Source: Schizochytrium sp. TIO01 (taxonomy: Eukaryota > Protista > Bigyra: Labyrinthulomycetes). From it: a stretch of 64,000 bases of DNA. The translations under genes and the position numbers were made by a program. How positions within the stretch are numbered: the first letter of the stretch is position 1; each line of letters starts with the position of its first letter. The stretch lies in assembly GCA_004764695.1 (NCBI GenBank), contig SMSO01000037.1, positions 1,836,747 to 1,900,746 of the forward strand, written 5' to 3'. Positions 12,548 to 23,353 of the stretch are shown piece after piece. The notes under the pieces were generated by a model. It did no database searches. It was not told where the DNA came from and saw nothing but the letters and a program-made list of their open reading frames with translations.

Positions 12548-15500
12548 ATGTGGGGCGGTGGCGGCCTTGGTAGCGCGCTGGCCGGCATGGCGTCGACCCT
12601 GCGTCTCTCGGAGCTCACATCCTCAAACTCCTCGACCTCATCCTCGACTTCGACCCAGAACTCTGCAGTAGCTCAAACCTCTACGCAGATATCATCTGCG
12701 CAGTCCCAACCATCCCATGTTACAACCGCTAGTCTTCGCACCAGGCTTGAGGCGCTTGTTCGGAGGCCAAGATCTGGTCAAGGAAGATACTCTCTGCAAG
12801 AAAGCCCTTCTGCAAGCTCCTCGTCGAGCCCAAATTCTTCAGAGCAGCTGGGGCTTCAAGGGCGCAACAGCAGTAGCATCAGAAGAGGTAGAACTGTAGA
12901 ACAAGATATTGGAGAAGGCACTGGAAGTGGGTTTAAATATCTTGAAGATCATGTAAATGAAGGCCTCAGCGGAGATCTCGGAGAACTTGGCTCCAGAATG
13001 GTACTCGAGGAAGATACTTCGGTTGAGATGGCGCAAGATGCGCTCTTGTATGTATTAGAGCAGGCGTGGAACGAGTCAAGGCTAGACGTGGATGTGGACT
13101 GCATGACCAGAGCTCTGAAATTGTGCGAATGGACTGCCATGGGAGGTCAGGACCCAGCGAAAGAGACTGCAAGGTTGCGGGAGGAATTTGGTTCCTCGTG
13201 GCCCAGGTGCAACCGCGTCTGGCTGAGCAATCATGTTGCGTATAGGTGCAAGGATTGTGGAACTACAGAGAGTTCATGCATCTGCGTGGAGTGTTTTGAC
13301 CCGGCAGACCACGAAGGCCATGATTTTCGCATTTACAAATCCAATAGCGGAGGATGCTGCGATTGCGGAGATCCGAATGCATGGAGGCCAAGCGGCAATT
13401 GCAAAGCCCATCGCGTAGACCCCAATGCCCCCGTTACTGGTACCGACGCTCTCCCGCCCACTGTGCGCCGTGGCACTAGCCTTGTTGTTAGCGTTCTGGC
13501 TAGAGAACTGCTTCTTTGTATTTGTGATGTACTTGCAGCTATCTCAGCCCCAAGGGAGCCCTGGCGAAAAGCTGCCGATCATACTTGGCACACAAGTCCC
13601 AATCTTGTACTCTCCAGCGGCACCCACCTCCACAACCTCACAGACCACGGTACGCAAGGAATTCAACATTTTAGTACTACAAGGGACAGTCATGTGGAGA
13701 AAAGGCAGAAACTCTTTGAATTTATTATTCGCTTTCTTACACAGCTTTGCGAACTCGGGCCTCCACTTCGTAGACTCATAGCTGAGGAACTTGTTACACC
13801 ATATAGCGCGCATCGCCCAGCCTCGGCGTATGCTTCCGAGAGCTTTGCCCAACATAGTTGTATTGAAGCGTTTATCCGCTTTGGCATTTTTCTTGAGTCT
13901 GATGTGCAAAAAGTTCTTGGTATCCTCGTTTTGCGCCTCCTCATTGATGATGACTTCAAAACGCATTATACAGATACATTTGTCACTAATTATGGCTACC
14001 TTATTACCAATTATCTACATGGCTCTAAAGTTGTCAGAGGAAGTATCAATGAATACCTGGACCGCATTCTTTGCCAGCTTTGCAACTCCACCGAACAGGT
14101 TCGCCACCTAGTCACAGGCCAGCCAACCGACATGTTAGGTATCACAGTTGACGCCATTCTCCAGCTAGGAAAAAGGGCGGCTGTGCCACGGCGTTTCGAC
14201 GTTGTCAGCTTGCCAAGGAATCGCAACTTGCCCAGCGATGGGGGGGACTCGGCAGCAGCGGCTGCAGCCGCAGCCTTGCGTGGACATCCAGAACCAAGGT
14301 CCTCTTCTCGACGGGCTCGCACTTTAGGGCCTGACGGAGGCTTCCCGCCCATGAGTAATTGCAACTTGGGCCATAACAACTCAAATGTCATGGTGGATGT
14401 GGCATCAGAAAATGTCGAAACACGCCTCTTTTACCGACTTATTATGGATTTACGTCTCCTACTTGTTCACGACACTGTCACCATTCATGGTATTATGCAA
14501 CGTCCTGAAATCCTCCAACAGGCTCTTACCATGTTTTCTATGCTACAAGAAATAAATCCCCAGACTCGCAAGGTCGATGTGCACTTAGAGTTCGAGAATC
14601 GTGCAACGTGGGAGGGTGCATTTTTGTTGGAAATGGAAATGGTTTGTGCCTTCTTTCGCCTGATTGATGGATTCAAGCAAGTGATGCGGGACAATCCAGG
14701 TGCCAAGCCCACGGCACTCAATGCCTTGCGCTCTACCACAAGGGCGCTTGTTCAGTGGTTAGAGAGTCAGGGCCTCACTGCACGACGATTTATTACCATG
14801 AGTACAGCGCATATTAAAGGTGGTGACCCCTTCTCGGGTGTCGTCGCGAGCCTCACGCACCTTGTCTCGTCAGGGAGCTACACGACTTCAATCCATATCC
14901 CGTTGCACCGTTTTTGGGCGGGCATTTTTCATGCAGCTATTGAAGAAACGGAGCCACGCACAACTTTGCGCAAGGTTCTCCAAGAGGGTCAAGGACATGC
15001 TCCTCCCACACCATCCGGTCTAATGGGCCGTCGTGACATGCTAGACATATTGATTGCACAATCTATCGACGCCCGAGAGCATCACGAAGGCGAAGATAGT
15101 AACTCCAGCATTACCCCTGCTGGCTTTGCTTGTCTAGTTGCAGAACACCCTCTCCGCGTCTTTTCAAAGCTTGCGCAAGTACGCTCGAGAGCGTGGATAC
15201 GTAATGGTGCCCTCGTTGAAGTGGAACCGCAGCATTATCTTTCTCGGTCGTGGTCTTGGTTTGCACACGACCTTGACCTTTTCACACTACAGTACTCCGC
15301 CTCCGTCATGGATGGCGACTCTTTCATCCGTTTCGTTGCCAAACGCTTTGAAGTCGACGAGGTCCTGAGCTATGCATGGACCCCAACGTCTGTGTTGGAG
15401 TCCAGTGGTACACTTAACGACTCTGCCCGTCGCAAGAGTCGCCGCCAGCGTCGCGCCGAGTCTGAGAAACTTGATGAGGATCAGCTTGCAGTGATGTGTG

Positions 15501-18500
15501 AGAGTATGCTTCATCTTGTAAGCGTTCTTGTCCATGACCGTACCCGTCTCGGCGAACGACCCAAAGAAACCCTACACAAACAGGTCATCCATGCTCTTGC
15601 TTCAAGTCCAGGAAGTAAACGCACATTCAGTGCAATTGAAGCATGTATTCCCCTACGTGTCCTCGAAGAGGGAGGGCGTCTGGAGGATGTTCTCGCCGAG
15701 GTAGCAGACTTCAATCCTCCTAGCGCTAAGGACACGGAAGGTACATACTCACTCAAAGAGTCCTATTGGACTAGCGACCTAGACTTGTACTATTCGCACT
15801 TCACAACAGAACAGCGACAGGTCATGGAAGAGAACTTCGACCTTTTTCATAAGAGAAAGCGCAAGCGCCGTGATATTAGCTCTAGCCTTGACAGTATTAC
15901 TGATGACGAAATCAGTCCGCGGAGCTCAGGAGATCGCTCACAGTCCATGTCCTGCACCACCGCATCTGCATCTGCATATGTTTGTCGTCTTATGGCATTG
16001 CCGCTAGATGCGCCCATTTACAAGTCTTTTTCCCATGTTCCGTTCAATCTCTTATTCTGCGCGGAACTTCATGGAACCATCTTCCGAGTTTTACATGCTT
16101 GTGTACGGGAGGAAGTTTCTGATGTTGTACTTGCCCGGCCAAGCATTCTTCTTGAAGCACTGAGTCTCCTCTATCAGGGCATCCTTCTAAGTACTGATCT
16201 TGATATGGTTGCCGAATATGAACGCGAACTTGTAGGCCATTTTCAAGATGCGTCAAATGACTCAAATGGTAAATCTTACGTTGGGCACAAACCTCGATCT
16301 AGAAGCTGTGACGGAACTATTGCCTGGACGTGGCCCAACACCGCCCTTCAGCGTTGCATGTCGGCCCCTACTGACTTGCGCGCCATGTCTATGTCTATCA
16401 ACCATCGCATTGACCACATCCAACACCGTGTTCGATTACCTTACCACAACCCGATCCTCAATGCCTGTGAGCTCGTGCCACTTGCTGAGAAACGAACCAA
16501 ATCTCCCAGTCGACAGGATGTCGATGGAGAGAACTCGCCGATACTAGCTCCTCGTGTTGCAAGTGATTCCTGTGTTGGTTCGCCTCCAACTCTCAGTGGG
16601 TCTCTCTCCGAGTGGTCTTGGCCTTCTCCATCTGGGCCTCTTGCTGCACCTTCTTCAGTGTCTTCATCGCCCTCTCTGTCACCATCTTCTCCGCCTTCAT
16701 CCTCCTCGATCCCCGTACCAGGGTCTCACACCGGAAGTTTAGGCGGAGCCATTGCTACAACACGACGGGCTAATAACACTACACAGACTTATGGGACACC
16801 TCAACTTGGTCCATCGGCTGTTGAATCCTTTTGTGATAAGTCAACCTTGGGATATCTCCCCGAACCCTTATGTAGCCTTGCACCTCGTGCTCGCGAGGAA
16901 CAAAGTGTTGGTGTCTCCATCTTTATGCTGCTTTTGCAACTCGTACAGAGTCAGGGCCGATGGGGTCGAGACGTACATGAATTAGCAGTGCTATTAGTAC
17001 AGGAGATCACTGAGCACATGCAAAAACTTGCACCTGGCTTACAAACGTTAAGTGACCATTTCATGAGCTCCAATACCTCTAATTCAACGGACCTAGCCAT
17101 GAACCGGAGAGCAACGAGCCCACAAGTTCCGACACCGCCGCGATCTGCTGTATTCGCGGCAGCCGTTGCTGCAAATGCGCTTAATCGTGCTAGAACTGCT
17201 CCATCTGCATGTACTACTAGCCCCAGCAAAGCCGAACCAGCTCAATCCCTCGAGTCTGCAAGCCCTGGCTTGAGTCTTACTGTTGGGCTACCTGTGAATG
17301 GAGTCTTGTCATCTCCTGACACATCAGACGCAGGAAGTACAAACACTGGCGCAGATGACTTAAGCAGTAATTCTTCTGCTACCAAAAAGCGCACAAAGAA
17401 GAAGAAGAAGAAATCATCCACATCGCAAAATGGACTAGACCAGAATGATCTTGCCTCCTTGTCACCTACGTTAAACGCCTCGGCTGCCAGGCAAGCTCGT
17501 ATTATGGCTAAATTCAAGAAACGCCAAGCAGCATTTCTCTCAAGCTCTGCTGGTTTGTCGACGCCCGACGAAGTAGAGAACACTTCACAAATTGAGGGTC
17601 AGCATGTGGAATGCGCTCTCTGTCGTGAACCTGCATCATTGAGTCGTACGATGGGAATTGTAGCTTACTCGGGCGTTGGTTCCGTGTCTGAAGCTCTCAA
17701 ACAAGAATATTTATTTGGAACCCCCATCCTTCAGAAGCCTGTTGGCGGTCCTCGCCACTCATGTGATACATCCTTAGTTCGTGCTTGTGGACACCATGTA
17801 CATTTTGACTGCCTAGAAACATACAAACAATCTCTCACAACCACGAACGATGTGATCGATGTAGAAGCAGACGAGTTTCGTTGCCCTATTTGCCGAAGCT
17901 TGGCAAACAACCTTTTGCCAATGTTTTATAAGGAAGACAGTGTTCCTTCCGCACTTGTAGAGAGATATCTTCAACGGATTCTTCGTGCAGCTGAACCTTC
18001 ATATGCAAGGGATGCAAAAAGGCTTGGACAGCTATTTCAGGAAAATTGTCTCCTAGCGATCTGCGCTGTGAATGATTCTGGCGCAAGTAACACCTTGCAG
18101 TCCTACGAGACCTTGGCTCATTTACTTCGATCTACCTACGAAGCTGTTCAACGTGTACAGGACGATGCAGAGCGACTGCAGGTGATTGAGGTTATCGAAG
18201 CTCAGATGGAGCGATTTGGCCTTGATGAAAACACTCCCTCGCCTTTTGAGCTATTTGGAAGTTGGCTCCTCCTTGGTGGTAAGGGACCCAAAATGGACTT
18301 TGCCAAGGAAACTCTAGCAGCAGCCATGGGACAAGTGATTGTTGCTCTTGCTGTAAACGCAGATGGAACATCTTTAGGTCAAGCCCTAAATGAACACGCC
18401 CATGAAACTGAGATGGTAAACAGTTCTTCCTCAACTTTGTTTACGATGATTAAAATGGCTGAGCAGACACTTGTCAAAGCTCAAATGTTGGGTAAAGCAT

Positions 18501-19423
18501 CCTCGTTTAAGCTTAAGATGCCAAGTGGATTTCCCAGCTTGGCCGCTCGAGCAGGAAAGCTTGGAGATATGCCAGTGGAAAAGGTAGTAGGAAGGTTGTG
18601 TGTTTCATTGATTCAGTCATTTATTATATCAATGGCTGCAGTCGAGTACCAGGGTCAGAGCTCCACTGGGCGCCGTTCTTGGCGATATGTGCATGAGGAC
18701 ATTCAAGCTGCCGAAGACGGTATTTTTGATTTAGAGAATGCTGAACTTGGCCTTACTGCGGAGATGATTCAAGAAAAGGTACAGCTGATTATCCAAGGAA
18801 TTATTTGTCCTCGGGGGGGCTTCTCTGATATGCATGAAGATAAAGATGAAATGATGGGAAGCAGTAACGAAAGAGGAAAGCAAGAAATTATTCAGCACCT
18901 TGCAGAGCCATCTCTGATATGCTCCGGTCGTCTCGAGCTTCCTGGGCTCCTGCAACTTCCTCAATTATACACAGACTTGTACCTGCGCTTCTGTGAAGGT
19001 GCAACCTCCCAGAATTTGCCAGTTTGTGAAACGTGCTCGCAGCCCCTTAGCACGGATACTGCAATGATTTGTCTTCATTGTGGAAAAACTCTTTGCTTAA
19101 GCATGACTTGTCAGCCGGGTGGTATCCAAAGACGTTTGACACGCCATGCACTCAATTGTACTGGCGTGGTGTGCAAAACAGTATGTGCTTTCCTCCCTGC
19201 GTATACCAGTTCTGCTTACGTTGTCATTAATAATACGCGAATGATGGAATTCGGTTCCGTCTATCTAGACTCGCACGGAGAGGCAGACCCCCTTTTGCGT
19301 CGGGGTAAACCACTGTATGTTTCTGATGCAAGAATGCAACAACTACGACGCCTGGTCTATGGTCTTGGGTTCACAACTGAAATGGTTGGAGTTCGCCGCA
19401 TATCACACTTTCTCGTAGAATAA
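12548..19423 (+). CDS. UBR-box N-recognin RING E3 ubiquitin ligase (UBR1/2/3-PRT6 family), 2291 aa
   Basis: UBR zinc finger (C..VW...AYRCKDC....CICVECF....HEGH...GGCCDCGDPNAW...CKAH), W.RNG motif, split RING (CALC...CGHHVHFDC...CPIC) and C-terminal CLHCG...YLDSHGE.D..LRRGKPL domain. Confidence 0.93.
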   Translation: MWGGGGLGSALAGMASTLRLSELTSSNSSTSSSTSTQNSAVAQTSTQISSAQSQPSHVTTASLRTRLEALVRRPRSGQGRYSLQESPSASSSSSPNSSEQLGLQGRNSSSIRRGRTVEQDIGEGTGSGFKYLEDHVNEGLSGDLGELGSRMVLEEDTSVEMAQDALLYVLEQAWNESRLDVDVDCMTRALKLCEWTAMGGQDPAKETARLREEFGSSWPRCNRVWLSNHVAYRCKDCGTTESSCICVECFDPADHEGHDFRIYKSNSGGCCDCGDPNAWRPSGNCKAHRVDPNAPVTGTDALPPTVRRGTSLVVSVLARELLLCICDVLAAISAPREPWRKAADHTWHTSPNLVLSSGTHLHNLTDHGTQGIQHFSTTRDSHVEKRQKLFEFIIRFLTQLCELGPPLRRLIAEELVTPYSAHRPASAYASESFAQHSCIEAFIRFGIFLESDVQKVLGILVLRLLIDDDFKTHYTDTFVTNYGYLITNYLHGSKVVRGSINEYLDRILCQLCNSTEQVRHLVTGQPTDMLGITVDAILQLGKRAAVPRRFDVVSLPRNRNLPSDGGDSAAAAAAAALRGHPEPRSSSRRARTLGPDGGFPPMSNCNLGHNNSNVMVDVASENVETRLFYRLIMDLRLLLVHDTVTIHGIMQRPEILQQALTMFSMLQEINPQTRKVDVHLEFENRATWEGAFLLEMEMVCAFFRLIDGFKQVMRDNPGAKPTALNALRSTTRALVQWLESQGLTARRFITMSTAHIKGGDPFSGVVASLTHLVSSGSYTTSIHIPLHRFWAGIFHAAIEETEPRTTLRKVLQEGQGHAPPTPSGLMGRRDMLDILIAQSIDAREHHEGEDSNSSITPAGFACLVAEHPLRVFSKLAQVRSRAWIRNGALVEVEPQHYLSRSWSWFAHDLDLFTLQYSASVMDGDSFIRFVAKRFEVDEVLSYAWTPTSVLESSGTLNDSARRKSRRQRRAESEKLDEDQLAVMCESMLHLVSVLVHDRTRLGERPKETLHKQVIHALASSPGSKRTFSAIEACIPLRVLEEGGRLEDVLAEVADFNPPSAKDTEGTYSLKESYWTSDLDLYYSHFTTEQRQVMEENFDLFHKRKRKRRDISSSLDSITDDEISPRSSGDRSQSMSCTTASASAYVCRLMALPLDAPIYKSFSHVPFNLLFCAELHGTIFRVLHACVREEVSDVVLARPSILLEALSLLYQGILLSTDLDMVAEYERELVGHFQDASNDSNGKSYVGHKPRSRSCDGTIAWTWPNTALQRCMSAPTDLRAMSMSINHRIDHIQHRVRLPYHNPILNACELVPLAEKRTKSPSRQDVDGENSPILAPRVASDSCVGSPPTLSGSLSEWSWPSPSGPLAAPSSVSSSPSLSPSSPPSSSSIPVPGSHTGSLGGAIATTRRANNTTQTYGTPQLGPSAVESFCDKSTLGYLPEPLCSLAPRAREEQSVGVSIFMLLLQLVQSQGRWGRDVHELAVLLVQEITEHMQKLAPGLQTLSDHFMSSNTSNSTDLAMNRRATSPQVPTPPRSAVFAAAVAANALNRARTAPSACTTSPSKAEPAQSLESASPGLSLTVGLPVNGVLSSPDTSDAGSTNTGADDLSSNSSATKKRTKKKKKKSSTSQNGLDQNDLASLSPTLNASAARQARIMAKFKKRQAAFLSSSAGLSTPDEVENTSQIEGQHVECALCREPASLSRTMGIVAYSGVGSVSEALKQEYLFGTPILQKPVGGPRHSCDTSLVRACGHHVHFDCLETYKQSLTTTNDVIDVEADEFRCPICRSLANNLLPMFYKEDSVPSALVERYLQRILRAAEPSYARDAKRLGQLFQENCLLAICAVNDSGASNTLQSYETLAHLLRSTYEAVQRVQDDAERLQVIEVIEAQMERFGLDENTPSPFELFGSWLLLGGKGPKMDFAKETLAAAMGQVIVALAVNADGTSLGQALNEHAHETEMVNSSSSTLFTMIKMAEQTLVKAQMLGKASSFKLKMPSGFPSLAARAGKLGDMPVEKVVGRLCVSLIQSFIISMAAVEYQGQSSTGRRSWRYVHEDIQAAEDGIFDLENAELGLTAEMIQEKVQLIIQGIICPRGGFSDMHEDKDEMMGSSNERGKQEIIQHLAEPSLICSGRLELPGLLQLPQLYTDLYLRFCEGATSQNLPVCETCSQPLSTDTAMICLHCGKTLCLSMTCQPGGIQRRLTRHALNCTGVVCKTVCAFLPAYTSSAYVVINNTRMMEFGSVYLDSHGEADPLLRRGKPLYVSDARMQQLRRLVYGLGFTTEMVGVRRISHFLVE

Positions 19424-19885
19424 GTCCGCTCGCACCATGGAAATCACCAAAAACTACTCTTTTCAGGACGGACTTTTCGGTCCGCGATAGTGGGCTCGAA
19501 TGGGTATTGAATTTTCATTTCATGCATGATGTAATATGATTTGTGCAGAAGCAGTTTACATTACTTTCGCTATTCAAACAACAAACTTTTCTCTATATTA
19601 TATCCTTTTGGGAAAACATCTATGATGGAGAAATCAAGTTGCGTTATTTCTTTAGCTATCGTTATCGTTACCTCCAGAAGGAGGATATTTCTATGACAAC
19701 AAATCAACAAATGGCGTAGTCCAGGAAACAATATATATATTTTTTATGTCTCGTCTTTGATGAAGGAAAATGCATATGTTCCTTGGAATCAGAAATACAA
19801 CAAATGTCTTTCATTGGTTCTTCATTTGGCTATTATTAACTGATTAGAAAAAGTTGCCGAGACAACTGGGCCTATTCCAATAAAA

Positions 19886-22800
19886 TCACTTGGCTTTTTC
19901 ACAATTATCCTGTTCTCCCTTTACAGTTTTGCTATCACTTGCAAACTCAGTCTGTTCTACCTGTTCCTTGTTACTAGAGTCGTGGTCTAACTTTGATACG
20001 GGTGCTACTGGTGGCTTCCCACGCCACCAGCGGCGTACCCATGAGACATCCTCATCTTCATTCACTTTCGATTCCACACCTTGTTGTTCTTGAGATTCTC
20101 CTGGTTTATTTGGAATGTCCTCACTTTCAGACGAGACATTATGGCTTGTCTGGTCCGAGAAAGTTTCAACATCGTCTACTGAAGCCTTAGAAAGAGGGTT
20201 GCACTGTAGTTTTGAGCTTCCGTTGGTAGTACCAACCTCATTTCTATCGACGTATGAAAACTCATCATCGCTTTCTGTTTGTGCTGCAAGGTCTGGCCCA
20301 TCTGCTGACTCCAAGTTTTCTTCAATAGCCTCTTCATTGTGGGTGGCTAGACTAGCCTCATTTCGGCTGGTAGAGTCCTGCGAGTCCTGTGGGTGTGCAG
20401 CATCTGAAATGGGCTGGGTACGACGCCAACGCCAAGGTCTCCATGATGAGTAGCTGTCATCTTGTTGCACCTCTGCTGGAAATTGAGATGAACTCAGTTC
20501 ATCAGTTGAATCTTTTGATAAGTCTTGTTCTAAAGGCTCTGGTGGCATGGTCGAGTGTGTTTCCTTGGGCAATGTCTTTTCTGGGAGACTATCTACATCA
20601 CTTCTGGTGTTTTCCTTTATGTTGCTGAAGTTAGAATCTGCCTTAGGAATAGGAGATTCAGACTTGGAATCAGAGGCTTCATCGCCTTGGTGGCTGTCTA
20701 CCTCGGATGCAACGTCTTGATGTATTGTCTCGCCATTAGCATCTTCTCTATCGTTGCAGCTGGCTTCTGCGGGCATAGGCCCGTTCACTTTTCCAGAGAT
20801 AGGCTGAGTTGATTCAGGTGCAGTATCAAGTTCATTTTTCTCTTCTTGAGGAATGATTGGCGAATCATCAGTCATTTCAGTGGGACCTACTGGAGAATCC
20901 TCACGAGCAACAATAGGAGATTCAGAAGTCTTAATTTTGCTATCTTCAATGGATCCTGCATTAGCGCAAGCAGAAGTGCCATCATTCTCATCAACCTCTT
21001 CAATCTCCACACTAGAGGTTTGGGCATTAGCTCTACCTTTCCACGGCATAACAGCTGTAAATTTAAGGCGAAACCATTGTTTCCACGAGTGCTGAGGGAC
21101 AAGATCACGAGAGTCATCGGCATCAACGCTGGCGCCGTCCTTTAATTGAAGATGTCCAAGGCCATCTGACTCAACAACAGTATCAACAGGAATGGTTTCC
21201 CTTTCTCCAGCTTTATTTCTAGAAAAGGATAAAATACCTTTGATGCGAGCAAACCACGTGTCATTCTCATCATAATATATTCCCACGTCAAACTCCAAGG
21301 GTTGACCGTGTTCATCTTCCAAAAGGTCAGGATTAGAGCCAAGACGTTCGAACTCTTGCTTCTCGCGCTTAGTAAAACTAGCTTGGACCCAATCTTTGAC
21401 CTTGACGAAAGAGGATGACGCATATTCTTGCGATCTGTGAACAGCGAACTCATAGTGTTCAAAGAAAGTAATTGCATCATACACTTTGGAACGAAGGCCT
21501 GAATCAATGTCAGGGATCAAGTAGAGCAGACGATGGCGACTTTCTAGAACTTCATGCCAGACTTGGCTCTCATGTGGAGGCGGAAGCGCTCGATTCCAAA
21601 GAACCTTAGGCAAAATCTGTAGCACGTTTGTAGTGATGAGGAAAGCTTCAAATGAAGACAGCCAATGGAAATGTGTAACCATACCCCAAAATAATCCCAG
21701 ACCGGTAGCGCCATATTGTAGAGAAAGCAATGCCCACGAAACATCGATAGGGGGCGTTGTCTTATCAAGCCAGAATAAGACGGAGTCTGGGCTTGAGACA
21801 ACGTGGCCAAGAGATTTAGCAGCATAAAGGATACCTTCGACGACCTTTTTGGGTCCTACCAATGACATGATAATGTCGGGTTTTCGAATCTCCTCAATCA
21901 GGATGTGCAAAGCAATTGTTGTGAGCGCGTTTAATGCATCACTGAGGCGTGCTAAAGCAAACGCGGAGCCAGAAATATTATTAAAGGCCTCGCTGCTATC
22001 ACTGAGTGCAATTTGCAAATCATAATGTTCTCCTACGAAAAGTAGTGGGGCTAAAGCCGATATAAAGGCCACCCCGTAAGTGTAAAGCACAATGATGCAG
22101 TGATATCCAATCCACAATAAGAGCGAGCCGACTACCCATGGGTTGTATGGCTTCAGCTCTGGCTTCGCACGTGAGATTATTGAATAGAAACCTACAAAAG
22201 CACGATGGGCATGGTAAAGCCCATCAAATGGAGATGGTCCGTTAAGATGTTGAATTGCGAGGGCAAAAGAGATTGATGTACCTCGAGCGGAGAGAAAATT
22301 CAGACCACCTCGGACACCAAGTGCAGCTGTAGATACCATCCAAGTCTGTTTTCGACCAATATGGTTGACGAGGAGAATAATGAGAGAAGCAACGCCAAAC
22401 AGCAAGGCTGCCTTGAAAGATACAAACAAAGACATGAGAATATGGTGAATTAGCCAAGCCGACCATGTCTCTGATCCATCAAATGTTCCGAAAAGATAGG
22501 AGTCCACTACCGGATGGGAAAGGAGAGTTCTTTGTACAGGCCCTACAGTGAGAGCACGCATAAGGAGGCGATCAAACGTCACCCACACCTTGGCAATGTT
22601 GATACTAAGAATTGGGATAAACCACACCAAGAAGGAAACCCATGCAATAGTAAGGGTCGGGCGTTCATCCTTTTTAAAGTGAGATCGTGCGCGCTCTTTA
22701 AGCTGCTTCGCTCTTTGAGCCTTTTCCCCGTTATTGGGCATAAAAGTGTCAGTAAAGAAAGCAGTATAAAGCAACCCTACAGCCTCCGGGACAACGCCGA

Positions 22801-23353
22801 GCAACAGGCCTCCGAGAACTCTTTTCATCAGAAAACTAGCACCACCCCTGGCCACAACTTGCCGTGCGATAATAGTTGCTGCAACCTGTACTCCAGATTT
22901 GCCAATTTTCTTGTAAATTTTGTCCATGGCTCCTGGACCTTGTCGTTTACGAATATTATCGTCTAGAAGGCACAGGATGATTTGACATTGAGTTGCGTCC
23001 TCACGAGCATCGTGGCCGTATATGGTCGCTGCTAGGGCTACAAATCGTAATTGCCGCCAGACAGACTCAAACTGATTGTAAAATATTGCAGCAGTTGATC
23101 CGACAAGAGGAACTTGCCCAACCACGACGATGAGTGCACTTCTCCACATAGATTCGGACCAGCTGGGTTTGCGAACAAAAATAAAGTGGGCAGCTGCTGC
23201 CACAGCTGCGTCAAGTTCGCCTCCGCAGTCATTCACAAAGCGCTTTGCCTCAGTGTCGAGCGGTCGCTCCAGAAAGCCCCCTTTGCCATCTGGTATCCCG
23301 TCAACAACCTTGTTCATAAGAACCGTGAGGAGCTTCTCAATTTGGCTCTCCAT
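19886..23353 (-). CDS. Unknown multi-pass membrane protein with EcsC-like N-terminal region and long acidic disordered C-terminal tail
   Basis: 1155-codon ORF from ATG 23353. QLRFVALAATIYGHDA...QIILCL resembles the EcsC-family core. It has several TM segments and an E/D/S-rich tail. Product call is tentative. Confidence 0.8.
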   Translation of the reverse strand: MESQIEKLLTVLMNKVVDGIPDGKGGFLERPLDTEAKRFVNDCGGELDAAVAAAAHFIFVRKPSWSESMWRSALIVVVGQVPLVGSTAAIFYNQFESVWRQLRFVALAATIYGHDAREDATQCQIILCLLDDNIRKRQGPGAMDKIYKKIGKSGVQVAATIIARQVVARGGASFLMKRVLGGLLLGVVPEAVGLLYTAFFTDTFMPNNGEKAQRAKQLKERARSHFKKDERPTLTIAWVSFLVWFIPILSINIAKVWVTFDRLLMRALTVGPVQRTLLSHPVVDSYLFGTFDGSETWSAWLIHHILMSLFVSFKAALLFGVASLIILLVNHIGRKQTWMVSTAALGVRGGLNFLSARGTSISFALAIQHLNGPSPFDGLYHAHRAFVGFYSIISRAKPELKPYNPWVVGSLLLWIGYHCIIVLYTYGVAFISALAPLLFVGEHYDLQIALSDSSEAFNNISGSAFALARLSDALNALTTIALHILIEEIRKPDIIMSLVGPKKVVEGILYAAKSLGHVVSSPDSVLFWLDKTTPPIDVSWALLSLQYGATGLGLFWGMVTHFHWLSSFEAFLITTNVLQILPKVLWNRALPPPHESQVWHEVLESRHRLLYLIPDIDSGLRSKVYDAITFFEHYEFAVHRSQEYASSSFVKVKDWVQASFTKREKQEFERLGSNPDLLEDEHGQPLEFDVGIYYDENDTWFARIKGILSFSRNKAGERETIPVDTVVESDGLGHLQLKDGASVDADDSRDLVPQHSWKQWFRLKFTAVMPWKGRANAQTSSVEIEEVDENDGTSACANAGSIEDSKIKTSESPIVAREDSPVGPTEMTDDSPIIPQEEKNELDTAPESTQPISGKVNGPMPAEASCNDREDANGETIHQDVASEVDSHQGDEASDSKSESPIPKADSNFSNIKENTRSDVDSLPEKTLPKETHSTMPPEPLEQDLSKDSTDELSSSQFPAEVQQDDSYSSWRPWRWRRTQPISDAAHPQDSQDSTSRNEASLATHNEEAIEENLESADGPDLAAQTESDDEFSYVDRNEVGTTNGSSKLQCNPLSKASVDDVETFSDQTSHNVSSESEDIPNKPGESQEQQGVESKVNEDEDVSWVRRWWRGKPPVAPVSKLDHDSSNKEQVEQTEFASDSKTVKGEQDNCEKAK

